Of a DNA stretch of 64,000 nucleotides, positions 13,190 through 25,151 are shown in pieces. The DNA lies in NCBI RefSeq assembly GCF_004010195.1, contig NC_057718.1:55482422-55546421 (forward strand), given 5' to 3'. The position numbers were made by a program, and so were the translations under genes. The stretch's first letter is position 1. Every line of letters begins with the position of its first letter. This stretch comes from Chiloscyllium plagiosum. Lineage: Eukaryota. Under the pieces are notes generated by a model. The model worked only from the letters and a program-made list of their open reading frames with translations. It searched no databases and was not told the DNA's origin.

Positions 13190-13946
13190 TGTTATGCTGT
13201 TGAAGGCTTGTACTTACCTTTAATAGAGTGTGAAAGTCGTTTTGACAATGAGAGTTTGCGGGAGCCTGTCATTTGACTGACTAGCAGTCTCAGAGTGTAC
13301 TGGAAAATTAAAAATATGTAACATTCGGCTGCTATGTTCACAACAGTTCAAATTTAACCAATCAGTTTAAATTATGCCCCAGGATACTAAAACCCAATTG
13401 AATTTAGAATTTTGTTGTTTTGACAACATCGAACCAAAAAGATGATCTGATATTTGGAGTATAAATAGGTTGGAATTGTGGAGAGTTAGCCAGCGAGAGA
13501 GTGACAAACTGCCATCTAGTGAGAGACTGCTATTCAAAACAACCTCTATCAAAGGTACTTTTCTTATATGAAACACCTTTGCAGAAAGAGACCAAAGACG
13601 ACACAGGGAGATCTTCAGCTGAAAGAAGACAGACTCCAGAGATGACAGACACTGTCTGATTTTGAAAATTAAGTTGACCTAAGTTTAACAAGGGTTTTTA
13701 CTAGATCAATATATTGTTATACAGTGAGAGGTAGATAACAAGTATTTAAGAGAAAGCAGGTTTAGAATTGTAAACACTTGTGGTTTGATGTTCACTTTAG
13801 AGTTAAAGAATAAATTAATACTTTTTCCTTCAATAGTGGAATTTAGGAGTTCTGTGTCACTCAAACTTTAACAGATTATGAGGCGAGGTCAGCTTTTCTG
13901 GGAATTTGGTTTAATTAGCAGAAGGGTTCACTGCTGTGTCGTAACA
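13190..13946 (+). repeat. 5' LTR of Gypsy element 1
   Basis: TGTTATG...CGTAACA inverted termini; first ~320 bp homologous to 17554-17870. Confidence 0.9.
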
Positions 13947-13949
13947 ATT

Positions 13950-13969
13950 TAGGGGCTCAGGTCCGTGAT
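13950..13969 (+). promoter_or_regulatory. Primer binding site, tRNA-Pro-like (degenerate)
   Basis: TAGGGGCTCAGGTCCGTGAT directly after the LTR resembles TGGGGGCTCGTCCGGGAT, the complement of the tRNA-Pro 3' end. Confidence 0.7.
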
Positions 13970-14151
13970 TTGGATAGGTTTAGACAGGTCCAGTCTGAGA
14001 TCTGGACAGTTCTGAACAGATTTGGGGTACGAAAGATCCCGGCAGTTTTAAACACTTGTCGATTAGTGTCCTAGGTTTTTAAATAAAACGTAGAGAAGAC
14101 AATTTGTTTAATTTTGGTTACTCGTGGTTGGTTAAATTAAAAGTGAGAGAA

Positions 14152-17100
14152 ATGGCTCTTAAAACAGTTAAAGAGGTTCTGGGGTTTGAAGGTGATTCCT
14201 GAATTTGCCAAGAAAGTTTAGAAGGACAGAAAAAGACCATAATTTTAAAATTAGCAAAGAGGTTAGATTTAGGTTTAACTAAGGACAAAAGTAAAGCTGA
14301 AAGTGTAAGGGAGTTACTGAAACACTTAGGTGTGTCAGAGAAACAGACACAAACAGAGAAATAGGCAGTGGAGTTAGAAAAACTTAAATTACAATTGATG
14401 AAAATGGAGTTTGAAAATAAACAATGAGAGAGAAAGGAAAAAGAAAGCGAGAGAGAAAGAGACAGAGAAGAAAATGAGAGAGAGAGGAAAAAGAAAGTGA
14501 GCAAAGGTTCTTAGCAGAGCAAAGAGATAGAGAAGAAAGGGAGAGAGAAAGAGAGAAAAGAAAGAGAAAAGGAGAGAGAATTTGAATTTCAGAAGTTGTG
14601 ACTTAGTCAGGAAAGTCAAGTTAACAGGATGGAGAAGAAGAGAGAGGGTAGTGATATATATAAATATGTTAAAATACTGTCTCATTTTGATGAGAAAGAT
14701 GTCAAAGCCTTCTTTATTTCATTTGAAAAATTGGCTAGGCAGAGGGAGTGGTCAGAGGACTTGTGGGTAATGGTAGTTCAGACTAAACTGGTGGGCTGAG
14801 CTAGTGAGGTATTTGCAGAGCTGTCAGATGAGGAGTCAAGAGATTATGAAGATGTCAAACAGACTATTTTGAGTGCTTATGAATTGGTACCAGAAGTGTA
14901 TAGACAGTGGTTCAGAAACATAAAGAAGGATTCAGGTCAGACTTATGTTGAATTTGAATGAATTAAACATAATAATTTTGATAAATGGGTGTGGATAATA
15001 ATAGATAAGACCTATGAGTCTCTAAGACAGATTATTCTGCTGGAGTTTAAAAACTCACTTCCAGAAATGATAAGAATTCATGCGGTTGAACAGAAAGTTC
15101 GAGAAATCAGAAGAGCAGCAGAGGTGACAAATGAATATACATTGGTGCATAAGGCAAAGTTTAGCTTCTGGCAAGAATGTCTTCCTGTGAGAGATAGTAA
15201 TTGGGAGAAGGAGAGATTCCACACTACCAAACCAAGAGTAGAGAACACTGGTAATTGTTTACCACAGATTAAAAAAGAAGCCCAAGAGGGTGAAAGGATG
15301 TGAAAGGACTCAGGTGTTTCCACTGTAATAAGTGGGACACGTAAAGTCACATTGCTAGTCAATAAAAAAAGGCACTGTGGGAAAAGATGTGATAAAAGAA
15401 GCTAAGCCAGTGGCAATAGTGAAAGTAGTAAAGGAAACCCCAAGAAACGTCAAGGAGCTGCAGGAGAGTGCACAGCCTAGGTAGGGCTGGGAATAGAGCT
15501 AGTGCCTGATCTCTATAAAGAATTTATCTCTATGGGTAAAGTTTACGCAGAAAGAACAGGGAGAGAAGGGAAAGAAGTTACAACTTTGAGAGATACAGGA
15601 TCTAACTAGTCTCTAATACTAAGAGATGAACGTGTTTGCATTCTTTCTGACCTGTTACCCGAGAGAGTGGTAATTTGTGGGATAGATGGACAGAAATTTA
15701 GTGTTTTCCTACATAAGATCAGATTGGAGTGCCAACTTAAATCTGGGGAAGTAACAGTGGGAATGATTGACAGTGTGCCAGTTCCAGGAATACAGTTTGT
15801 TCTTGGGAACGATTTAGCAGGATCCAAGGTGGAAGTGACACCCCCTGATGTGGAAACGCTCAAGGAAGACCAGGGTGCAGAGAAGTTAAAAGAAAAGTAC
15901 CCTGGAAATTTCCCAGACTGTGTGTTAACAAGATCCTACTATCATAAATCACAGCACGAAGCAAAAACTAAAGAGAAAAATGAAGGAGTTGAAGTTCAGT
16001 TAGCGGATACCCTGTTTGACGTAATGATGTAGGAAAAACCTGAACAGTTGGAGGGTCAGGCAGAAGTGTTTATCCTGAAAGACTAATGGATTTACAACAG
16101 ACAGACAAGTCAATACAAGATATATATATTGATGCATACTCAGAAAAGGAGTCAGAGAATATTCCTGATGGTTATTATCTTAAAGATAGAATCCTAAGAA
16201 ACAAATGGATACCACGGCAGGTTAGTGCAGAAGAGAAATGGGCAGAAGTGCACCAGATTGTGTTGCCGGTAGCATACAGACAGGAAGTGTTACGGGTAGC
16301 ACATGAACAATTAGTAGGAGGGCACCTAGGTGTACAGAAGACTCAGGTTAAAGTACAAAAGCATTTGTATTGGTCTGGAATGCACAAGTATATGGTTAGC
16401 TACTGCTGTGCATGTCATACATGCCAAATGGTAAGTAAGCCACAGGCAGTAATAAAACCTGCAACTTTGTTGCCAATTCCCACATTTGAAGAATCTTTCA
16501 TGGGGGTTATAATTGATTATGTAGGTCCCCTCCCTAAAACTAAAAGAGGGAACCAGTACTTGCTAAGCATAATGGATGTGTCTACCAGATTTCCAAAGGC
16601 AATTCCATTATGGAGTATTAAGGTAAAAAGGGTGGTAGAGGAATTAGTAGCTTTCTTACATGGTTTAGGCTACCCAAGGGTCTAATTTTACTGCTAGGCT
16701 GTTTAAGGAAATCATGGATAGCTTAGGCAAACAGCATTGTAAATCAAGTGGGAATCATTCTGAATCCCAGGGAGCTTTGGAAGGTTGACCCCAAGGAGCG
16801 CAAAGATGAAGGCCATTGAGGATTTCCACGACTAACCTCAAAGAAAGAGCTGCTTCAATTTTTGAAACTAAGCAGAATCTACCAGAAGTTTGTTCCAAAC
16901 TTCAACAGCATAGTGGCACCACTAACAGATTTGCTGAAGAAGGACACAAAGGTTTAGTGGACAGAACAATGGCAATTCAAAAGCAGTATTAACCACCACA
17001 TTAGTTTTAGCTACACCAAACTTTTTGAAACCCTTCAAAGTTGCAACTAATGCTAACAACATAGGAGTTGGAGCTGTACTGCTACAGGACAATGATAATG

Positions 17101-17402
17101 GGATTGAACAGCCAGTTGGTTACTTTTCAAAGAAACTCAATACCCACAGGGAAAATACTCTCCGATCAAAAAGGAATTATTGAATTTTGCACTGCCCTTA
17201 CCACATTTTAATGTTTATGTGATGAACAATGTGTCAGATACAGTTGTGTACACAGATGACAATACTCTTATATTCTTGGAATGCTTTAAAAACAAGAATA
17301 TGAGACTATTTCATTGGAGTCTTTTGTTACAGACTTTTAATTTATAATTCGTACATGTGGGTCATAAGAATGTGATAGCAGATGTGTTATCATGGATTTA
17401 AC
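14152..17402 (+). pseudogene. Disrupted gag-pol of Gypsy element 1
   Basis: ORFs 14989-15303, 15667-16032 and 16086-16685 are fragments of one polyprotein broken by stops and frameshifts. Confidence 0.88.
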
Positions 17403-17542
17403 GGATAAAGTATAAATAAGATTGAACAGATACCAATTTTTTTATATATAAATATATGTGTGTGTGTATCCCATTGTAATGTGGTTCAGAATTAGAAAAG
17501 AACAAAAAACCATCTTTTCATTATGATGGTTCATTTTTTCAT

Positions 17543-17870
17543 AAGGGGGTAGGTGTCATGAAATTGAAGGTGTATACTGTACCTTTAAGAGAGAGTGAAA
17601 GTCGTTTTGGTAGTGAGAGTTTGCAGGCACCTGTCATTTGACTGACTAGCAGTCTCGGAGTGTACTGGAAAATTGAAAATATGTAACATATGGCTGCTAT
17701 GTTCACAACAGTTTGAATTTAACCAATCAGTTTAAATTATGCCCCAGGATACTAAAACCCAATTGAATTTGAATTTTACTGTTTTGAAAACATCGAACCA
17801 AAAAGATGATCTGATGTTTGGGGTATAAATAAGTTGGCATTTTGGAGAGCTAGCCAGAGAGAGAGAGAGC
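17543..17870 (+). repeat. Polypurine tract (17543-17553) and truncated 3' LTR (17554-~17870) of Gypsy element 1
   Basis: AAGGGGGTAGG then TGTCATG; homology to the 5' LTR stops at a (GA)n run adjoining a PLE terminus. Confidence 0.88.
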
Positions 17871-17902
17871 CGTTCAGGCAGCATCCGAGGAGCAGGAGAA
17901 AT

Positions 17903-17930
17903 GACGTTTCGGGCAAAAGCCCTTCATCAG
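17903..17930 (-). ncRNA. Minimal hammerhead ribozyme-like motif in a PLE terminus (intact core)
   Basis: Minus strand CTGATGA-A-GGGC-TTTT-GCCC-GAAA-CG-TC. Confidence 0.65.
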
Positions 17931-18179
17931 GAATACAACAAAACTAATTTGACCATCTGTTAACAGGTTGAATTCAGAAAACCTTTTAGTTTCCTCAGTT
18001 ATAACATTGAATATATACTATGACCTGTTGGCATTGTAATTGGATATTCTAAAACCAATTTTTTTTCAAACACAATTCTTAGATTCTCTCATTTACATTT
18101 CATTGCAAGGGAATCTTCTCAAGCATGAATATTGTCAAGCAATTTAATGACAAGTCATTTGAAGATCCTCTCTCAGTTT

Positions 18180-18500
18180 TGAAGGAGCTGCCCTTCAGGT
18201 TTTGTTCATCCTTCAGACTCACACTGTTAATTTTTGGTGACCCAGTGGACAGATCTGAGGACCTTCTTGTCAATTTGCTTCTGGGTCTGGCTAAAATGGC
18301 CTTAAACAGAACCAGACAACAGGGCAATTGAGGGGGTTGTTCAGCATTTCTGCCTGCTCCCTTTCCTCAGCTATATTTGTGGCTGAACAATCCTGGAGAG
18401 GGAGCCCATTGTTGTCACTGGAATGCTTGAGTCCTTCCATGATTGGTGGGCAAACATAGGCTATAATACATTATCTTCCCAAAATGACATTTTAACTTGA
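18180..18500 (+). mobile_element. Tx1/L1-like ORF2 C-terminal fragment
   Basis: SEDLLVNLLLGLAKMALNRTRQQ is homologous to the ORF at 39828-40229. Confidence 0.65.
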
Positions 18501-18639
18501 ACATCTGAGTTTTCTTACAATGCCTCTTAAGGAGCAATTAACCTTTAATTTGAATCAATTCTTGTTTAATATTGTTTAATATATTTCAAGAGTATTTAAT
18601 ACCATCCAATTTGAACCAGATCTCATGGAGTACTGAGTG

Positions 18640-21270
18640 AGAGTCCGTTGTGGTCCAATTGATATCTTTCATGGCCAACAAGCAACATATCAGGAGAGCT
18701 ACTTGAGCACTGTGTTTCAGGAGACGGTCAAACCCTTTATATTAACTACTTCGAATTCGGTCAGTGGCCAGGGATAGATGGGCGTGACTATGAGTGAGGC
18801 GGGTAAAGGGATCCAGGAGATTGTGCAGAAGTAACCTCAGCCCTTGAATATGTCTAACAGTTTTGAGATTCTTGCTCCCTGTGTGGATGAGAGCGGGGGC
18901 GGAAGGGAGGATAAACAAACTGACCACTGTGTCATGGTACAGGGAGGAAAGAGAAATTTAGTTCTGACTGGGGTTAGCATAATTGGAGGATAGACACTGT
19001 TTTCTGTGGCCAGAATCAAGAGTCCTAAAGGCTGAGTCCTAACCTGGTGTTTGGGTTCAGGATATCATATCTGGGCTGAAGAAGAACTTGGAATGGGGTA
19101 AAAATCTAATTGCTATGGAACATGTAGATAGCAGCCATAAAGAAAGAGAAAAGATGTCTGCTGAGGGAATATGAGGAGCTAGGGACTAAATTTAAAAGCA
19201 GAACCAAAGAGGTAATAATCTCTGATCGCAACCTAAGCCACAAGCTAACTGCCACATGTCAACAAGATTAAAGAGGTAAATGTGTGGCATAAAGATTGGT
19301 GTGGGAGAATAAATGTCCTGAACATAAAAAGCCAGGACATATCCAACTCGGCCAATTACTGCCCATCAATCTACCCTTGATCACCACTAAAGTGATGGAT
19401 AGTGTCCTCTACAGTTCTATCAAGTAGCACCTGCTGAGCAATAACCTGCTCAGTGTTGCCCAGTTTGGATTCCACCATGTTCACTCAGCTCCTGACCTCA
19501 TTACAGTCTTGGTTCAAACATGGACAAAAGAGCTGAATTCCAGAGGAGAAATGAAAGTGACAGCCCTTGACATCAAGGCCATATTTAATCACATGTTGTA
19601 TCAAAGAGCTGCAGCAAAACTAGAATCAATGGGTATCAGGGGCAAATTCTCCATACCTGGCACATAGGAAGATGGTTGTAGTTGTTGGAGGTCCATCATA
19701 CATTGCAAGGTGTCTCTGCAGGATTTCCTCAGGGTAGTGTCCTCGGCCCAACCATCTTCAGCTGCTTCAGAAATGACCTTCACGGTATCATAAGTTCAGA
19801 AGCAGGTGTATTTGCCAATAACTGCACAATTTTCAACACCATTCACAACTCCTCAGGTACTGAAGCAGTCCATGTTCAAATGCAATGAGATTTGGGTAAT
19901 ATTCAGGCTTGAATTGTCAAGTGCCAAGTAACATTTCCTGCCACACAAATGCCAATATCACTCATAGTGGGGGGGAGGAATGGTTAGAGGCATTCAGTGA
20001 TGGTAACACCATTGAATGTCAAAGGGCAGTGGTTAGATTGTCTCTTATTGGTGATGGTAATTGCTTGGCATTTGTGATGTGAATATTACTTACCACTTTC
20101 TGGATTAGTGGTGCTGGAAGAGCACAGCAGTTCAGGCAGCATCCAAGGAGCAGTATACATTACTTGCCACTTGTTAACCCAAGCCTGGATATCGTCCAAA
20201 TCTTGTTGCATTTGAACATTGAATACTTCAATACCTGGGGAGTTGCAAATCGGGTTGAACATTGTGCAGTCATAAGCAAATATTCCTACTTCCAACCTCA
20301 TGACTGATCAAAAGCTGAACTGGACTTGCCAACATAAACACAGTGACTACAACTGCAGGCCAGGCGACGAATGCTGTGGTGAGTAACTCACATTCTGGCT
20401 CCCCAAAGCCTGTCCACCATCTACAAGGCACAAGTCAGGACTGTGTTAGAATAATTGCCACTTGCCTGGATGGGTGCAACTCCAACAACACTCAAGAAGC
20501 TTGACACCATCCAGGACAAAGCAGCCCACTTGAGTGGCACTACATACACAAGCATCCACTTTCTCCACCATTGACACTCAATAGCAGCAATGTGTACTAT
20601 CTAGAAGAAGCATTGCAGAAATTCACCAAAGATCCTCAGACACACCTTCCAAACCCACAATTACTTCTATCTAGAAGGACAAGAGCAGCAAGTATATGAG
20701 AACACCATCACCTGCAAGTTCCCCCCAAGCCATTCACCATCCTGACTTGGAAATAAATCATTGTTGCTTCACTGTTGTTTGGTCAAAATCCTGGAATTTC
20801 CTTCCTAACGGCATTGTGCGACAACCCACAGCAGGTGGACTGCAGCCATTTAAGAAGACAGCTCACCACCACCTTCTCAAGGAGAAAGTGAGGACTGCAG
20901 ATGCTGGAGAGTCAGAGCCAAAAAGAGTGGTGCTGGAAAAGCACAGCAGTTCAGGCAGCATCTGAGGAGCAGGAGAGCTGACGTTTCCAACATAAGAATG
21001 CAGAGGGGGAAGAAGGCTGAGAGATAAATATGGAAGTGGGAATTAGGCTGGGGTGGGGGGGGTGGATACAGGTGGGAGGTAATTGAGATAGGTCGGGGGG
21101 GAAGGTGAAGTGAATAGGTGAGAAGGAAGATGGAAGGTAGGACAGGTCAAGAGGGCAGTGCTGTGTTGGAGGATTGGATCTGTGATGGGATGGGTGGAGT
21201 TGCCCTTCTCAAGGGCAATTAGAGATTGGCAATAAATGCTGGCCAGCCAGAGATGTCCACAGGTGAATTT
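18640..21270 (+). mobile_element. Composite CR1-clade fragments (ORF1 esterase then RT and 3' end), with an inverted copy at ~19960-20302
   Basis: Esterase remnants ~18950-19300; GFPQGSVLGPTIFSCFRNDL (19682-19888); opposite-strand GIFAYDCTMF...QQDLDDIQAW (20086-20301). Confidence 0.78.
20883..21203 (-). mobile_element. PLE 3' fragment inserted in a CR1 tail, 11-bp TSD
   Basis: CCTTCTCAAGG at 20872-20882 and 21204-21214; sequence matches 34030-34330. Confidence 0.75.
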
Positions 21271-21789
21271 TAAAAAGGCAGTAGCCATTAATCCCTGATT
21301 GTGCTGCCAAACAAATGCCTCAGATTGGCTGGAAGCAGTTGGTGGGTGGGACCTCTGGCCTCACAGTCCTTGATCCCATGGGAAGGCCTGTTAAGTGCCT
21401 GAAGGCTGGATCCAATAGGAAAGCCTGCTGCTGGCCTGCTAATGGTCTGAGGGGCATGATGTACAAAATCTTCCTGAAAGGAGTGACTCAGGCTTCTCAC
21501 TGGCTCTGCAACTGAAGGCCAAACCCTCTCCCCCATCATATCCACAAGATTTTACCTTTGGACATTGCCAGTGACCCGTTGAGCACCGTAATGGCACTGT
21601 CTTCCACCTTTTCCTAGCCTCACTTCCTGGGCCACTCTTAGAACAATTTACCAATTGGCTGACCCTTAACTGACTAGTCAGTGCATGATTGTAGTCAGTT
21701 GCCTGTGGTGGGTGCAACTGGTTGAGTGGTATACTCACTTTTGATAATAGGATCAGCATGCCAATTGCTACATAGTGTACCTTTTTTTT

Positions 21790-23590
21790 TAATCTGTTCA
21801 TTGGGTGTGGGCTTCACTGGGTAGGTCGACATTTTATTGTTCATACCTAACTGGCCTGAAGAAGGTGATGGTGAGCTTCCTTCTTGAAATACTGCAGTTC
21901 TTGGTGTGTACAAGCACTCAAAATGCTGGTCGGAAATGAGTTCCAGCATTTTGAACCAAAGACAGTTATGGAATGTGGTATAGTTCCAGGTAAGGCTGGC
22001 TTCTGGCTTGAGTTGAGGATTTCATAGGTGTTGTTGAACATTTGTTGGGTACCGGCAGCTTATCTCATCGGGTGGATGGTACACAATACTGCCACTGTGT
22101 GTTGGTAGTGAAGAGAGTGAATGTTGAAATAAATAGATATGGTGCCAATCAAGTGGGATACTTTGTCCTGAATGATGTTGAGATTCTTTAGGATGTTGTG
22201 GCTGTACAGGACATTAGTTAGGCCACTTTTAGAATATTACGTGTGATTCTGGTCTCCCTCCAATTGAAAGGATGTTGTGAAACTTGAAAGGATTCATAAA
22301 AGATTTACAAAGATGTTGCCAGAGTTGGAGGATTTGAGCTACAAGGAGTTGCTGAATAGACTGGGGCTGTTTTCCCCAGGAGCGTTGTAGGCTGAAGAGT
22401 GACCTTATAGAGGTTTATAAAATCATGCGGGGCATGGATAGGATAAATAGACAAGGTCTTTTCCCTCGGATGGGGGAGTCCAGAATCAGAGGGCATAAGT
22501 TTATGGTGAGACGGGAAAAGTTTAAATGGCACCTAAGGGGCAACATTTTCATGCAGAGGGTGGTGCGTGTATGAAATGAGCTGTCCAAGGAAGTGGTGGA
22601 GGTTGGTACAATTACAATATTTAAAAGTACCTGGATAGGTATATGAATAGGAATGGTTTCGAGGGATATGGGCCAAGTGCTGGCAAATGGGACTAGATTA
22701 GGTTAGGATATTTGGTCAGCATGGACGAGTTAGATTGAGGCTATATTTCCATGCTGTACATCTCTATGACTCTATGTTGGAGCTAAATCTAGACAAGAAG
22801 AGAGTATTCCATCACATTTGTGACTTGCACCTTATAGATGATAAAAAGCATTGTAGAGTATGGTAGATGAGTTGCTTTCCGCAGAATTTCTAGTCTCTGA
22901 CCTGCCCTTGCAGCCACTTTATTTAAATGGCTGAACAAATTCATTTTCTGATTAATGGTCACCCCAGGATGCTGGAATGTGGAGATTTCAGTGAGGTAGT
23001 GCCTTTGAATGCCATGGAGCAAATGTCAGATTTTCTCTTCTTGGAGATGGTCATTGCCTGGACTGAATGTTACTTGCCAGTTTTCAGTGCAAACTTAGAT
23101 CCACCCGAGCCTTGCTGCACTTGGGCTTGGACTTCACTGTATCTGAGGAGTTGTAAATAGTATTGAATATAGTATTGTCCTTATAATAGAAAGAGGATCA
23201 TCGCTGAAAATGGTTAGGTCCAAGATACTATCCTAAGGAACTCATGCAGTGAAGTTCTTGGACTGAGGGGATTAACTTTCAACAACCACAACCATAATCT
23301 TTCTTTCTAGGTATGACTTTAAAGGGGAGGGATTTCTCTTGATCTTCATTGACTCCAGTATTGCTGGGGCCCCATGGCATGCTCAGCCAAATGCTGCCTT
23401 TATGTTATTTTTGTCTATTTTTGGGCGAAGGCTGCAATAAAGTCAGGAGCTGAGTGGCCCTGTGGAACTCATGCTAAGTACTAGGGAACATATTTTCTTT
23501 TGTAAAGGTTGATTGATAGCACTATAACTTTTTCCATCATTTTGTTGACAATCAAGTGAAGACTCATAATGCAGTAATTTTGCCAAGCTG
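21790..23590 (-). mobile_element. Degenerate CR1-clade LINE hosting a younger CR1
   Basis: IYKVQVTNVMEYS (22789-23022) and KKEAHHHLL 3' end; same family as 19300-20880. Confidence 0.72.
22191..22775 (+). mobile_element. Young 5'-truncated CR1 LINE
   Basis: LYRTLVRPLLEYY..FWSP..KDVVKLER; ends CTCTATGACTCTATG; near-identical to 58781-59920. Confidence 0.92.
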
Positions 23591-23744
23591 GATGAATGAG
23601 TGAGTACTGTTTTGATTTTTGTTGACCTCCTGAGACCAGCTTAAGAATATATTGAGAGGTAGGTGTAGAGATGAAGACTTTTTAAATAAACTGAAAGCAT
23701 ACCGTTCATAGTTTCACCGGTGACAAGTTCATGAAACACACGAC

Positions 23745-24190
23745 GTAGGAATGTATTTCTTAAGGGCCGCAGTTAGTCATTTAGCCCTGTGAGTGTGCTC
23801 CACCATTCAGCAATAGCATGACTACTGGGGTTGTTATCTCAACTCCACTTTTCTGGTCTGCCCCATAGGTCTTGACTCTCTTATCTATCAAAAATCTACC
23901 TAACTCAGCCTTGAATAAATTCAAAGACCCAGCCTTTATTGTTTTCTGGGTAAGAACATTTCAGAGACTTCTGGCCCCCTGAACGAGAAAAAAAAATGTC
24001 CTCATCTTCATCTTAGAAATGAGATTTCTTTTTAAATTGTATCTACAGTTCTAGTATCTCTAACAAGGGGAAACATCCTAGAAGTCCTCTCGGGCTATTA
24101 TATATCTCAATAAGATCACTTCTCATTCTTGTAAATTCTAATAAGTAAAAGCTCAACCTTTTTCATGATAATCCACTTTATCCCAGTATC
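23745..24190 (-). mobile_element. Old CR1 3'-end fragment
   Basis: Similar to other CR1 3' ends (CCACCATTCA, TCAGCCTTGAAT, CAATAAGATCAC blocks). Confidence 0.55.
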
Positions 24191-24366
24191 ATGACTGCGT
24201 AAATACAATATTACACATATTTTCAAGAAGACTAAACTGACCTTTCAAGAGGGACATATCAGCTGACAAGATGGCTCCCAGAAGTCACATATGTGTCTTT
24301 GTTAATTCACTATCAGCTAAAAAAGCAGATAGTTAGGTATATTATCTCAACAGTAATTATAAAGGA

Positions 24367-24517
24367 GGAGAAAGTGAGAACTGCAGCTGCTGGATATCAG
24401 AGTCGAGAGTGTGTTGCTGGAAAACCCTTCATTCTTGATGAAGGGCTTATGCCCGAAACGTCGATTCTCCTGCTCCTCAGATGCTGCCTGATCTGCTGTG
24501 CTTTTCCAGCAACACAT
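24367..24517. mobile_element. Fold-back PLE-terminus insertion with 22-bp TSD and hammerhead-like motif
   Basis: TCTCAACAGTAATTATAAAGGA at 24345-24366 and 24518-24539; TTGATGAAGGGCTTATGCCCGAAACGTC at 24435-24462. Confidence 0.85.
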
Positions 24518-24853
24518 TCTCAACAGTAATTATAAAGGAAATCATATAGATATATATTAATCCTTGGACAACACAATGAATACTTAAAGATATGAAAATT
24601 CAAAGAGATAAATTGGGGATTGAAAAAATATACCCCCACAGACAAACTTACAAACATACAGAATTTCAATAAAACGGATTTACTTCCTGGAGAGTAATTA
24701 TTTCAAAATTACAATAGTAGTTACCCTAAATTTGGTATGAAAAAGTCTCAGTGAGATGACATTCTAAACATATCACTATGAAGAACTGAAACAGAACACT
24801 ATCAGAAAGACAATTCTTAACAAGGAAAAGAAAGGTGAGCCTGGTCAGAACAG

Positions 24854-25151
24854 TTAGATTAGATTAGATTACTTACAGTGTGGAAACAGGCCCTTCGGCC
24901 CAACAAGTCCACACCGACCCGCCGAAGCACACCCACCCATACCCATTCCCCTTCCCCTACATTTAACACTACGGGCAATTTAGCGTGGCCAATTCACCTA
25001 ACCTGCACATTTTTTTGGACTGTGGGAGGAAACCGGAGCACCCGGAGGAAACCCACGCAGACACGGGAAGAATGTGCAAACTCCACACATTGAACCCGGG
25101 TCTCTGGCGCTGTGAGGCAGCAGTGCTAACCACTATGCCACCGTGCCACCC
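24854..25151 (-). mobile_element. HE1/V-type tRNA-derived SINE
   Basis: Minus strand GGTGGCACGGTGGCATAGTGGTTAGCACTGCTGCCTCACAGCGCCAGAGACCCGGGTTCAA, V-domain core, (TCTAA)n tail. Confidence 0.92.

Larger units (their letters stand above)
13190..17870 (+). mobile_element. Gypsy LTR retrotransposon, Gmr1-like order (gag-PR-IN-RT/RH), internally deleted, 3' LTR truncated
   Basis: Paired LTRs, PBS, gag with CFHC..GH..SHC knuckle (~15315), protease LRDTGS (~15587), integrase ORF 16086-16685 (HEQLVGGHLG..CHTC, DYVGPLP) upstream of RNase H remnants (~17030-17400), PPT. Confidence 0.92.

Noticed and set aside
14118..14685. Hydrophobic Phe/Leu/Ser-rich minus-strand ORFs as membrane proteins
   Set aside because: Antisense reading of the purine-rich coiled-coil region of Gypsy gag
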